From Bacteroidia bacterium (GTDB lineage Bacteria > Bacteroidota > Bacteroidia > NS11-12g > UBA9320): 64,000 nt of DNA. This document shows positions 29,105-39,105 of this stretch, piece after piece. Below the pieces are notes generated by a model. It was given only the letters and a program-made list of their open reading frames with translations. It was not told the origin of the DNA and did no database searches. How positions within the stretch are numbered: the stretch's first letter is position 1; each line of letters begins with the position of its first letter. The stretch lies in assembly GCA_965216465.1 (NCBI GenBank), contig CBDCFW010000002.1:32001-96000 (forward strand), given 5' to 3'. The position numbers and the translations under genes are program-made.

Positions 29105-30091
29105 TTGAGATCTCTTCTTGGAATACTATGCTTATTTATTCTTATTGATTCTGCACGGAGTCAAAACGATAGTATACATTTAGTTTTTGGATATGCTGAC
29201 AGCACAGAAATTGCAGTTGAGGTATTATCCGACAATCCAGATCTTGAACCTAAATCAATAGTACTTGCTGGACTTGGCAGCATTGGGAGTGCAGAAAGTG
29301 GTGCACTTGCCACACAGCTCGAATTTCGTCAAGTACTTGGTCAATATTTAAGTTTTGATGCACGATGGGCTGGAACAATTCAAGACGCTAGTAAGGATTT
29401 AAAAAGTTCTATCGATCTTATTGCTCATTTAGCCTTATTTAACATGCAATCTAAAGCTCCCATGAGTATTAAGCTGTTAGATGTTAAAGTAGAGGATGAT
29501 AAAAGAACCTACAAGCAACCATTCTATGCCCAACATCCTTTTCAAGTTAGGCACGATGTGAGAATGGATTTCGGAATATCGGTTGTGAGTGATCGATCAA
29601 AACACCATTTTAATACCATTAATGCTAAACAAAGCTTTTATACAGGTTCGAGCTTCAATAACACAAACGCTTTATTAGGCTTAAGTTATTCGAGAACAAG
29701 AAGGGTGAAGCTAAAGATCAATGGATTGAAAGAAAGTGATTACTATGGGAAACTAAACATAGGTGCCCATGCAGCTTATAATCTTTCTAACTCTGCAACA
29801 TTTAGTTTGTGTGCTTTTAATACGGATACAATTTGCATAGCACAAAACCTCGATGAAATTGAGTCTTTGGACCTGTATAAATTAGGTTATGGATTTGATG
29901 TAGGATACACCTTTTTAACAGCTAAGCCAAAATGGGTTATGTCGTTTGAGTTTAAAGGCAGATTTATTCCTGCATATTTTGGCGATGCTCATTTCTATGA
30001 CGATAATGCCTATGAACTAATTGAAGATTATAAGTTTGGTTCTAGTATTTGGGTAATGCCTTCCATATCAGTTGGGTACATACTTAATTAG
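29105..30091 (+). CDS. Hypothetical secreted/outer-membrane protein
   Basis: Signal peptide, amphipathic beta-strand pattern, terminal PSISVGYILN; TTG start. Confidence 0.65.
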   Translation: MRSLLGILCLFILIDSARSQNDSIHLVFGYADSTEIAVEVLSDNPDLEPKSIVLAGLGSIGSAESGALATQLEFRQVLGQYLSFDARWAGTIQDASKDLKSSIDLIAHLALFNMQSKAPMSIKLLDVKVEDDKRTYKQPFYAQHPFQVRHDVRMDFGISVVSDRSKHHFNTINAKQSFYTGSSFNNTNALLGLSYSRTRRVKLKINGLKESDYYGKLNIGAHAAYNLSNSATFSLCAFNTDTICIAQNLDEIESLDLYKLGYGFDVGYTFLTAKPKWVMSFEFKGRFIPAYFGDAHFYDDNAYELIEDYKFGSSIWVMPSISVGYILN

Positions 30092-30135
30092 CAATATAAA
30101 TCCATTCTAAAGACATGATTTTATAACTTCGTCGC

Positions 30136-30645
30136 ATGGCGAAAGAATTGTTTGAGGTACGATTACGATTCAAGAAGTTATCTCCAGAAACACCGGAACA
30201 AATAGTAGAGAAAGTTAAGGGCATCCTGGCTCAGAATCAAGATAAGATTGTTGGAAGGATAACACACAATCACATTCGAATTAGAATAGCCGAAAAGGAT
30301 CGCCACTTTTGGTCTCCCCAATTATCACTCAATCTCGAAGAAACAGGATTAGGTACTGAGATTAGGGGTCTATATGGGCCTAAACCTGATATTTGGCTAG
30401 GTTACATGTTTACTTACTTCTTTCTAGGTTTTGTGACACTGGCCGTTTCAGTGGTTGGATTCTCACGCTATAACTTGGGGATGTCTTCTTATATCTTGTG
30501 GGCGATTCCTTTTATTCTGGGCGGGGTTTTTGTACTATGGATAACGAGCAGAACAGGTCAAAGGCTAGGTAAAGATGAAACACATCTTATTCATAATCTT
30601 ATCAAACCAGAAATACTTGCTCAAGCAAAAGACATTGAAGACTAA
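30136..30645 (+). CDS. Hypothetical membrane protein (2 C-terminal TM)
   Basis: HFWSPQL...IRGLYGPKPDIW followed by two TM helices; TAACTTCG box just upstream. Confidence 0.75.
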   Translation: MAKELFEVRLRFKKLSPETPEQIVEKVKGILAQNQDKIVGRITHNHIRIRIAEKDRHFWSPQLSLNLEETGLGTEIRGLYGPKPDIWLGYMFTYFFLGFVTLAVSVVGFSRYNLGMSSYILWAIPFILGGVFVLWITSRTGQRLGKDETHLIHNLIKPEILAQAKDIED

Positions 30646-30692
30646 AGCTTAAAAATTGTGTGGAATAAACTAAGGCTAATTACCTTTGTGCC

Positions 30693-31139
30693 ATGAGTCT
30701 TTCAGAACAAATATCAGATCAGCTTAAAACCGCCATGAAGGCTAAAGATCAAGCTGCACTACGTGCTTTAAGAGCAATAAAGTCTGCACTTCTGCTTTTG
30801 CAAACGCAAGAAGGAAATAAGGAGGTTACCCCTCAAGATGAAGTTGCAGCATTGGTTAAGATGGCGAAACAACGCAAAGACTCCATTAAAATTTATCTGG
30901 AACAGAATAGAGAAGATTTAGCTACTACAGAACAAGAAGAGCTGGAGGTTATAGAACGTTTTCTTCCTAAACAACTAAGTGAAGCGGAGGTAGAAGCAGA
31001 GGTGTCAGCCATCATCGCTCAAACTGGAGCTGAAGGTATGAAAGATATGGGTAAGGTAATGGGTGTAGCATCAGGCAAACTAAAAGGTAAAGCTGAAGGA
31101 AAGATGATTGCTGACGTTGTAAAACGAATGCTAGCTTAA
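30693..31139 (+). CDS. GatB/YqeY domain protein
   Basis: LKTAMKAKD..LRAIKS...KQRKDS...FLPKQLS...MKDMGKVMG. Confidence 0.95.
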   Translation: MSLSEQISDQLKTAMKAKDQAALRALRAIKSALLLLQTQEGNKEVTPQDEVAALVKMAKQRKDSIKIYLEQNREDLATTEQEELEVIERFLPKQLSEAEVEAEVSAIIAQTGAEGMKDMGKVMGVASGKLKGKAEGKMIADVVKRMLA

Positions 31140-33044
31140 AATAGCTCGGAGGTCATCAAAGACCTCATAATTCCTGGCGTAAAGCTTATTCAAGTTGTCT
31201 TGAAACTGAGGAGACGACTGTTTTAACATGTAATTTGTTGTAATTACTCCAGGTCGCAAGCTTGGTAGGTCCTCTAAATTATCTCCGGCATATCCAACCC
31301 ATGTTTTGGCTCCGAACATCACATTAAAGATGTTAAGTATTAATTTGTTTTTGGCTGGTATAAAGAATAGTACAGGAGTGAGGCATAATACCACTAGAGA
31401 CGCAATGATATCGAAACCTCTTTTACGTCTTCGGTACTCGCTTTTAGATAAATTCAGTTCAATTTGTTCTCCAAAGTACAAGCCGTTGGCATTTTTGCTC
31501 TGGCTTCCGATAACAAAATCGCTGTTAGCGGGTATGGTAAAATAATTTACTCCTGAACCAATTTTATTCATGTATTGGAGCGTTTGTGCAGTGCTTACAA
31601 AATCTCCACTGAAAATTATTTCGTTGATGTTGTATATCTTAACAATCTCCTCAAGCTGATTTAACTGCCCAAGCCAATTAGCATCATCAGACTTTTCATC
31701 GAACACGAAACCTATTTGCTGGTAGTTTTTGCCTGTCGACTTTAAGATATCAGTGACCATTGACCACTTCTTTGGAGAGCCGACTAAGATGCTTTTTGTT
31801 GAGCTTCTTTGGCTGAAATCAAAGGTTCTATACTTGATAAAGTGATAAATAAATCGCTCAATAAGCAATGTTGCAGTAACCACTAGGGTTCCAAAAAGTA
31901 TTATACCCCGACTGAAATGCAATTCGTTGGGAAGCAATCCATAAATGGTTACAATCAAAATTGTTCCTATTGCTATTCCGCGAAAGAGTTTACTGAAGTT
32001 GAAAGGGCTGCTATAACTTCCTATAAACCATAAACTTAACACCCAAGTTATAGTGTAATATGGGAGGTGTATCGTCATCATTTCCCTTGGATATGATTTA
32101 ATGAATTTTATATGTTCTTCCCAGTATTCTTTCAGGCTAACCATTGCAAAGAATATTAAGGCTATTTCAATTATTGGAAGCCAAAATTTCTTTATAAAGT
32201 TAGCGACTAGTGCAACGGTTGCTCGTGCGTAAATGGCTAGGTTAATAAAAAACGTAAAGAGGTTTTTATTGCTACCTGTATAGTGTTTTTGAGCGAAGAT
32301 GATCATCGCATTATAAAACACGCGAACATAATTGGTGCTTAATCGTTTCGTACTTTCTCCCTTATAGTGTATGATTGAGGTGTCAGCAAAGTAGAAATTC
32401 TTGTAGCCCGCTTGTGTAATTCTGTAGCTGAGGTCTATGTCTTCACCGTACATGAAAAAGGTTTCATCCAGTAAACCAACCTCGTCCAGAACACTTTTTT
32501 TCATGAACATGAAGGCTCCAGAAAGAATTTCAACTTCATTGGTCTCATTTTTAGGAAGGTATCCCAAGTGGTACTTGCCAAATTTTTTAGATCGAGGAAA
32601 CAATCGGTTAAGTCCAATCATTTTGTACAATGCCACCTCTGGAGTTGGCAGTCCTCTTTTGCTTTCAGGAAGGAAGTTTCCCTGGCCATCGACCATATGA
32701 ACTCCACACGCACCAAATCGATCTTGACTTTCGGCAAATTGGAGCAGTTTCGCAAAGCAATCTTCTGGAACTACAGTGTCAGGATTTAGCAACAAAACAT
32801 AGTCTCCCGTGCTCGCTTTTATAGCTTGATTATTTGCCTTGCTAAAGCCAACATTTTCAGAATTGCTTATCAGCTTAACACTAGGAAATTTCTGTGAGAC
32901 CATTTCACATGAGCCGTCAACCGAATTGTTGTCCACAACAAACACCTCTGCCTCAATACCAGGAATGGCAGATTCAACCGACTTCAAGCATTGCTCTAAA
33001 AAGTGCTTTACGTTGTAATTTACTATGACGATTGAAAGCTTCAT
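31131..33044 (-). CDS. GT2 glycosyltransferase fused to TM, CoA-binding-like and degenerate sugar-transferase domains
   Basis: LSIVIVNYN, VDNNSVDGS, NVGFSKANN, LLNPD, FFMYGEDID; C-terminal KRGFD...RPGVIT. Confidence 0.9.
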   Translation of the reverse strand: MKLSIVIVNYNVKHFLEQCLKSVESAIPGIEAEVFVVDNNSVDGSCEMVSQKFPSVKLISNSENVGFSKANNQAIKASTGDYVLLLNPDTVVPEDCFAKLLQFAESQDRFGACGVHMVDGQGNFLPESKRGLPTPEVALYKMIGLNRLFPRSKKFGKYHLGYLPKNETNEVEILSGAFMFMKKSVLDEVGLLDETFFMYGEDIDLSYRITQAGYKNFYFADTSIIHYKGESTKRLSTNYVRVFYNAMIIFAQKHYTGSNKNLFTFFINLAIYARATVALVANFIKKFWLPIIEIALIFFAMVSLKEYWEEHIKFIKSYPREMMTIHLPYYTITWVLSLWFIGSYSSPFNFSKLFRGIAIGTILIVTIYGLLPNELHFSRGIILFGTLVVTATLLIERFIYHFIKYRTFDFSQRSSTKSILVGSPKKWSMVTDILKSTGKNYQQIGFVFDEKSDDANWLGQLNQLEEIVKIYNINEIIFSGDFVSTAQTLQYMNKIGSGVNYFTIPANSDFVIGSQSKNANGLYFGEQIELNLSKSEYRRRKRGFDIIASLVVLCLTPVLFFIPAKNKLILNIFNVMFGAKTWVGYAGDNLEDLPSLRPGVITTNYMLKQSSPQFQDNLNKLYARNYEVFDDLRAILS

Positions 33045-33204
33045 TTCAACTTGGCAAACTTAACTTTTTCTCTGCTACTCTGGATGTTTCGCTAATTTTT
33101 GGTCGAATTAGTCTCATAAAATGATAAATAGTTAGAAACAGACATATAGTTTCTACTTAAAATGTGCGTTGTACCAGAAGTCAAATTAAATTCGCAGAGA
33201 ATTG

Positions 33205-35208
33205 ATGCAGTTTCACAATCCAAATTTTCTATGGGCTCTTGGGTGTTTAGCAATACCTGTCATCATACACCTATTTAATTTTAGAAGGTATAAGCGTGTG
33301 GTGTTCAGCAACGTTGAAATGTTGAAACAGATAAAGACACAAAGCCAGAAAACGAGGCAACTCAAAAAGTATTTAGTTCTTATATCAAGACTCTTAGCAA
33401 TTGCATGCATTGTATTAGCCTTTGCTCGTCCTTACTTGCCAATAGAAGGGAAAGTGTCGGGTTCAAGTTTATACAGTATCTATCTCGATAACTCAAATAG
33501 CATGAATGCGGTTGGAGAGAAGGGGCAATTGTTTGAAGAATCAAAAAATGCTGCAAGAGAAATTGTTCAATCTCTTCCACAATCGGCAGAAGTGCAAATT
33601 ATTGACAATAACTTTAATCGCAGAAGTGCAAAGGTTATATCAACAACAAGTGCATTAAGCTTAATCGATGAGCTAGAGATCAGCAATGAGCCAAATGATA
33701 TTAATCTAGCGTTTCAAAAAGCAAATAAGGCATATAACGAACAAGGGTTTGAAGGATTAAATGTTTTTGTTGTTAGTGACTTGCAGAAAACAGTTGAACT
33801 TCAAGAATCGGAGTTGGATTCAAATACTTCAATGTATTTGGTGAAGCCAGAGCCATTGGCACTTCAAAACTTATCCATAGACTCTGCATGGCTTGAATCT
33901 CCAATAAATAAATTGGGAGACCCGATTAGCGTGCAAGTTCAAATCAGTAATAATGGTGATGCATATGTTGAGTCTGCAACGCTCAATTTGGAAGTAAACG
34001 ATGCAAATCATGGCTTAGAAAGTTTTGAAATTGACGCTCATTCTTCTCTGGTTTTAACCATGGCTTTTATTCCTCGGGAGACCGGATGGTTAACAGGTAG
34101 TTTTTCAATAAATGATGTTCCAGTAGTTTTTGATAACGATTACTATTTCAGTCTCTACGTTAAAAAGAAATTACGCATTCTTGAAATAGGAGAGCAAAGT
34201 GAAAATTTACAAAAAGTTTTTATGCAGGATGAAGCATTTGAGCTAGTGAATCAGGGTGTTGGTGGGCTGTCTTACAGTGATCTAGGGTCTTTCGACTTTA
34301 TTATTACAAACGAGTTAAAAACCATCAGTTCTGGCATGGCTGAACAGCTTAAACTTTATGTTGAGAACGGTGGAGTGCTTTGCATTGTTCCTGGTGTTAA
34401 TAGCCCTGAGTATGATGACCTTTTAAGTCAATTACCGCTGCATCAATACGGAAGGTTGGTCAAGAAAGACATTAGTATTGATCCTAAAGGACTTAACAAT
34501 CCCTTTTTTGATGGCATATATAAACGCAAGCCAGAGAATAGTTTCTTGCCAAAGCTAAAAAGTAGTTACAAGCTGTCGGGGAGTACGCGAAGTCAGCAAC
34601 TACTGGCACTAAAAGATGGTTCTCCTGTTTTAAGTATGATGAACTGGAAGAAGGGAGTAGTTTACCAGTTTGGGATGCCAATGGATGCTTCTATAAGTAA
34701 TTTCTCAAGTCATGAGTTGTATGTTCTTACCTTGCTTAAAATGGCTTTTAGCAAATCAAGCAAGCAAGAACTGGCAACGACTTTATCCAATCGACAAGGC
34801 ATAGAATTACCCTACTTTGAAGACCAATCGGAATTGGTGAAATTGAAAAACGATGAATCTGAGGTAGTTGTTGAGTCGTCGTTCTCTGGAGGAATAGCAA
34901 GAATTTGGTTGAACGAAGCCGTGTCAAATGCCGGAGTATATCAAGTACTCGATGAGAAGGACCAATTGAAGTCGTATTGTGCAATTAATAATTCGAGAAG
35001 AGAGTCGCGACAAGAATATTATTCCAATGAAGAATTGGTTGATGCGTTTGGAGCTTCAAATATTAAAATACTTAAACCCAATACAGCATCAATAGCAACA
35101 GTTGCTAACGATATTTCGTCGGGTCGTCAGCTGTGGAAAGTCTTCATTATTCTAAGTTTGATTTTTCTAATGGTTGAAATACTTTTGTTGAGATTTATTA
35201 AATCATAA
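33205..35208 (+). CDS. BatA N-terminal domain / vWA protein
   Basis: FHNPNFLWAL..LAIPVIIHLFNFRR...FSN...LAFARP; DNSNSM MIDAS-like motif; C-terminal TM LWK...E..L. Confidence 0.88.
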   Translation: MQFHNPNFLWALGCLAIPVIIHLFNFRRYKRVVFSNVEMLKQIKTQSQKTRQLKKYLVLISRLLAIACIVLAFARPYLPIEGKVSGSSLYSIYLDNSNSMNAVGEKGQLFEESKNAAREIVQSLPQSAEVQIIDNNFNRRSAKVISTTSALSLIDELEISNEPNDINLAFQKANKAYNEQGFEGLNVFVVSDLQKTVELQESELDSNTSMYLVKPEPLALQNLSIDSAWLESPINKLGDPISVQVQISNNGDAYVESATLNLEVNDANHGLESFEIDAHSSLVLTMAFIPRETGWLTGSFSINDVPVVFDNDYYFSLYVKKKLRILEIGEQSENLQKVFMQDEAFELVNQGVGGLSYSDLGSFDFIITNELKTISSGMAEQLKLYVENGGVLCIVPGVNSPEYDDLLSQLPLHQYGRLVKKDISIDPKGLNNPFFDGIYKRKPENSFLPKLKSSYKLSGSTRSQQLLALKDGSPVLSMMNWKKGVVYQFGMPMDASISNFSSHELYVLTLLKMAFSKSSKQELATTLSNRQGIELPYFEDQSELVKLKNDESEVVVESSFSGGIARIWLNEAVSNAGVYQVLDEKDQLKSYCAINNSRRESRQEYYSNEELVDAFGASNIKILKPNTASIATVANDISSGRQLWKVFIILSLIFLMVEILLLRFIKS

Positions 35209-35211
35209 CAA

Positions 35212-36474
35212 GTGCCTAAATCGTATATCATTCGCAATGCTACATTAGTCAATTCAGGGCATTCTAAGCATTTAAAAAAGACAGACATTTTAATCTCCAA
35301 TGGAGTTATTCAAAAAATTGGTTCAAAGCTTAAAGGTGATGAGGTAATTAGTGGCGATGAGCTTTACGTAAGCTCAGGTTGGGTTGATTTAAGAGTGCAT
35401 CTTTCCGATCCAGGAGAAGAGTATAAAGATTCTGTAGGTACGCTATTAGAAACAGCAAGCAGTTCGGGCTTTACAACCATTTGCACACTACCAAATTCGA
35501 AACCAGCGATTAACAATAAGTCTGCAATTCAATATCTTTTGAGCAATGCCGGCAATAATCTGGTGAATTTGCTTCCAACAGGCTTGCTTTCAGATGCGAA
35601 AAACGCTGAAAATCTTTCTGAATTGTTTGATATGCACAATACAGGAGCCGTTGCATTTACAAATGGTGACCAACCTATAAGTGCGGGAGTGCTGAAAAAA
35701 GCCTTGTTGTACACTAAGCCCTTTAATGCACCTGTAATGACCTTGCCCATGGATGAGTCTTTACACAAAGGAGGGTTAATCAACGAAAGCGAAACAACTA
35801 TTCATACTGGATTGAAAACAAGTCCTGGTATTGCAGAGTATATTGCTGTTAGACAACAGCTTGACATTGCCAAATATTGCGATGCTCCAATTCATCTAAG
35901 TAATATCACCACTAAGGAGTCTGTTGAGTTAATCGCTGCTGCAAAAAAGAGTGGGATTGAAGTAACTTGCGATGTCAGTATCTTCCATTTGTGTTTCACG
36001 GATAATGAAGTATTGTCGTTTGATGAAAACTTTAAGCTTTATCCACCGCTTCGTTCTGAGAAAGATAGAAAGGCACTTATTAAAGGAGTGAATAACGGAA
36101 CAATTGATGCTATTTCAAGCAATCATCATCCACAGGATATTGAGTCAAAACAAATGGAGTTTGACTACGCTGAGTTCGGGTCACTGAGCCAGCAATTTGT
36201 ATACCCATGGTATTTGAAGTATCTTTCGAAACAAATTGATTTAGAAGTATTTGTTACTAAATTGACCAACGGGGCAACCAATGTGTTGAGAAGAGAGTCT
36301 TCAGAACTGAAGGAAGGCAGCATTGCAAATGTTACGGTGTTTGACGCGAAACGAAGTTGGAAATTTAACGAGAAGACCAATCAATCGAACTCAAAAAATA
36401 CGCACATGTGGCAACAAGAATTACAAGGAGGAGTTGTGGCTGTGTTTAACAATAAAAAACTAAAGAAATATTAA
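35212..36474 (+). CDS. Dihydroorotase-like protein, probably catalytically inactive (PyrC'-like)
   Basis: Amidohydrolase fold (GFTT...PN..P, KLYPPLR), but HxH reads DLRVH and the TDHAP motif reads SNHHP. Confidence 0.8.
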   Translation: MPKSYIIRNATLVNSGHSKHLKKTDILISNGVIQKIGSKLKGDEVISGDELYVSSGWVDLRVHLSDPGEEYKDSVGTLLETASSSGFTTICTLPNSKPAINNKSAIQYLLSNAGNNLVNLLPTGLLSDAKNAENLSELFDMHNTGAVAFTNGDQPISAGVLKKALLYTKPFNAPVMTLPMDESLHKGGLINESETTIHTGLKTSPGIAEYIAVRQQLDIAKYCDAPIHLSNITTKESVELIAAAKKSGIEVTCDVSIFHLCFTDNEVLSFDENFKLYPPLRSEKDRKALIKGVNNGTIDAISSNHHPQDIESKQMEFDYAEFGSLSQQFVYPWYLKYLSKQIDLEVFVTKLTNGATNVLRRESSELKEGSIANVTVFDAKRSWKFNEKTNQSNSKNTHMWQQELQGGVVAVFNNKKLKKY

Positions 36475-36475
36475 T

Positions 36476-37027
36476 ATGGAAAATTATAAACCAGTAATTA
36501 AAAGAGGTGTAATGATGGGGGTTATTGGAATCCTCATATTCGTGATTGTTTATGCAATCGACCCGATGTTCTTTGCTAAAATGCAAGGTTGGATTCTCAT
36601 GTTCGGTGTAAACCTGCTTGCTTTACCTATCGTATTTATGATATTAGGAGCACGAGATTGCAAGCCTAACTTTTCTCCTTACAAGTTTGGTAATGCATTT
36701 AACGCAGCATTTTTTACAGGTATTGTGTCAGCAGTTGTGGTATTACTTTTCAATATCCTTTTCATAACGGTAATCGATCCAGGATGGGAGGCAGAATTGA
36801 AACAAGCTTCACTTGAAACTTCAGCAGAAATGATGGAGAAATTTGGAGCCAGTGAAGAAGATATCGAGAAAAACATGGAGATTGCTGAAGAGAAAATTGC
36901 TAACGCTCCATCAGGAGTCATGAATCAAATAATGTCAACAGGCCAGGGCTTGGTTTGGTATGCGATTTTAGCACTCATAATTGGTGCGGTTCAAAAAGAT
37001 AAAAAACTGCAAGTAGTTGAAGAATAA
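36476..37027 (+). CDS. DUF4199-like membrane protein
   Basis: 4 TM with FGNAF..AF.TG...IDP followed by an acidic helical loop; typical position before a GT2. Confidence 0.8.
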   Translation: MENYKPVIKRGVMMGVIGILIFVIVYAIDPMFFAKMQGWILMFGVNLLALPIVFMILGARDCKPNFSPYKFGNAFNAAFFTGIVSAVVVLLFNILFITVIDPGWEAELKQASLETSAEMMEKFGASEEDIEKNMEIAEEKIANAPSGVMNQIMSTGQGLVWYAILALIIGAVQKDKKLQVVEE

Positions 37028-37988
37028 CTTGGATATATCTATAGTCATACCGCTACTTAATGAAGCGGAATCACTTCCGGAGCTCTTTGCTTGGATAAAA
37101 CGAGTGATGGACGAAAATAAATTTTCGTTTGAGGTTGTTTTTGTTGATGATGGATCAACGGATGATTCTTGGAAGATCATTCAAGATCTTAAAACGAATA
37201 ACCCTGATCAGGTGCGTGGACTGAAGTTTAGAAGAAACTATGGTAAGTCTGCTGCACTAAATGAGGGATTTGCAGTTACCAGAGGGAAATCTGTATTCAC
37301 TATGGATGCCGATTTACAAGACAGTCCTGATGAATTGCCTGAAATGCATCGCATGCTGTGGGAAGATGGATTTGATTTAGTGAGTGGATGGAAGAAAAAA
37401 CGTTACGATCCAATTACGAAAACGGTGCCTACCAAGCTTTATAATTGGGCTACACGAATGATGAGCGGAATTAAGCTGCACGACTTTAACTGTGGTCTGA
37501 AAGCATATAAAGGAGATGTGGTGAAAAGCATTGAAGTATATGGTGAAATGCACCGCTATATTCCGGTGATTGCAAAGCGAGCTGGGTATAAAAAGATAGG
37601 TGAAAAAGTAGTTCAACATCAGTCGCGTAAGTATGGTACTACGAAGTTTGGAGTAGGGCGTTTTGTTAAAGGCCCTCTTGACTTGATGAGCATTATATTT
37701 ATGTCTCGCTTCGGCAAAAGACCAATGCACTTTTTTGGTCTTTGGGGTGCAGTTGCTTTTATTCTTGGTTTCTTGCTCACAGCGTATGTTTTGATTGCTA
37801 AATTTATTGCCATCAGCAATGGAGTTCGTCAAACGTTAGTTGCCGATAATCCACTTTTCTATCTTGCTTTAGTGATGCTAATTGTGGGTACACAGCTGTT
37901 CATGGGAGGATTCCTAGGCGAAATGATAAGCAGAAATTCTCCAGATCGTAACCGATATCAAATTTCAGAAAGACTAGGTTTTGAGTAA
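37017..37988 (+). CDS. GT2 polyprenol-phosphate glycosyltransferase (ArnC/GtrB-like)
   Basis: ISIVIPLLNE, VDDGSTD, RNYGKSAAL, MDADLQD, HDFNCGLKAY, GEMHRYIP; two C-terminal TMs. Start is TTG 37017 or 37029. Confidence 0.93.
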   Translation: MKNNLDISIVIPLLNEAESLPELFAWIKRVMDENKFSFEVVFVDDGSTDDSWKIIQDLKTNNPDQVRGLKFRRNYGKSAALNEGFAVTRGKSVFTMDADLQDSPDELPEMHRMLWEDGFDLVSGWKKKRYDPITKTVPTKLYNWATRMMSGIKLHDFNCGLKAYKGDVVKSIEVYGEMHRYIPVIAKRAGYKKIGEKVVQHQSRKYGTTKFGVGRFVKGPLDLMSIIFMSRFGKRPMHFFGLWGAVAFILGFLLTAYVLIAKFIAISNGVRQTLVADNPLFYLALVMLIVGTQLFMGGFLGEMISRNSPDRNRYQISERLGFE

Positions 37989-39105
37989 GCGTATAGTAAT
38001 TGTTGGGCCGGCTTTCCCACTTCGAGGTGGATTGGCTACCTATAATCAATTGCTGGCATCAAAACTTCAAGAACAAGGACATGAGGTTAAAATTGTAACC
38101 TTTAGTCTTCAGTATCCTACACTGCTTTTTCCAGGTAAAACTCAATATTCTACAGATCCTAAACCTGATAATCTAAATATAGAAGTATCGCTAAATTCGA
38201 TTAACCCATTCAATTGGATTGCATTAGGACGAAAGCTCAAGAAAGAGAAACCTGATTTAGTAATCTTTCGCTATTGGATGTCTTTTATGGCTCCTGCCTT
38301 AGGAACACTTGGCAGTATAATTCGAAGGAATAAGAGTACTCGGGTAGTGGCTATTACGGATAACATTATTCCGCATGAGAAAAGATTTTTCGATCGTGTG
38401 TTTACTAGGTATTTCTTAAAGCGTTGCGATGGATTTGTGACCATGAGTGAATCGGTTTTGGAAGACTTGAAAGCCTTTAAGTTGGGTAAGCCTGCATTGT
38501 ATAATCCTCATCCGATGTATGAGAGTTTTGGTCCGGAGTTGGATAAAAATAAGGCTAAGCAAAGTCTGGGTTTGGAAGAAGATTGGAATTATCTGCTATT
38601 CTTTGGATTTATTCGAAAGTATAAAGGCTTGGATATATTGCTAAAAGCATTTTCCGATCAACGTTTGAGAGAGCTTAAAGTGAAATTGATTATAGCGGGG
38701 GAGTATTATGACAAGCCCGACGACTATAAGGCTATCATTGAACAAAACGGATTAGAAGATTGGGTAATTGAACGAAATGATTTCATTCCAGACTCAAAAG
38801 TGAGTACTTACTTTTCCGCTTGCGACATGGTTGTTCAGACCTATAAAACTGCAACACAGAGTGGTGTTACACAAGTTGCGTATTACTATAATAAACCGAT
38901 GTTGGTAACCAATGTAGGTGGTTTAGCAGAATTAGTACCTCATGAACGTGTGGGCTACGTTACCCAAGTTGATGTAAAGGAAATTGCAGATGCACTGATT
39001 GATTTCTACACCAATAATCGCCACGACGAATTTGTAAGCCATGTAAAGGTTGAACGCAATCGCTTTACATGGGACAGTATGATTGAAAAGCTACTTAACG
39101 TGTAG
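37981..39105 (+). CDS. GT4 (GT-B) glycosyltransferase
   Basis: GPAFPLRGG, LFFGFIRKYKG, YKTATQSGV, TNVGGLAE. Confidence 0.92.
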   Translation: MSKRIVIVGPAFPLRGGLATYNQLLASKLQEQGHEVKIVTFSLQYPTLLFPGKTQYSTDPKPDNLNIEVSLNSINPFNWIALGRKLKKEKPDLVIFRYWMSFMAPALGTLGSIIRRNKSTRVVAITDNIIPHEKRFFDRVFTRYFLKRCDGFVTMSESVLEDLKAFKLGKPALYNPHPMYESFGPELDKNKAKQSLGLEEDWNYLLFFGFIRKYKGLDILLKAFSDQRLRELKVKLIIAGEYYDKPDDYKAIIEQNGLEDWVIERNDFIPDSKVSTYFSACDMVVQTYKTATQSGVTQVAYYYNKPMLVTNVGGLAELVPHERVGYVTQVDVKEIADALIDFYTNNRHDEFVSHVKVERNRFTWDSMIEKLLNV

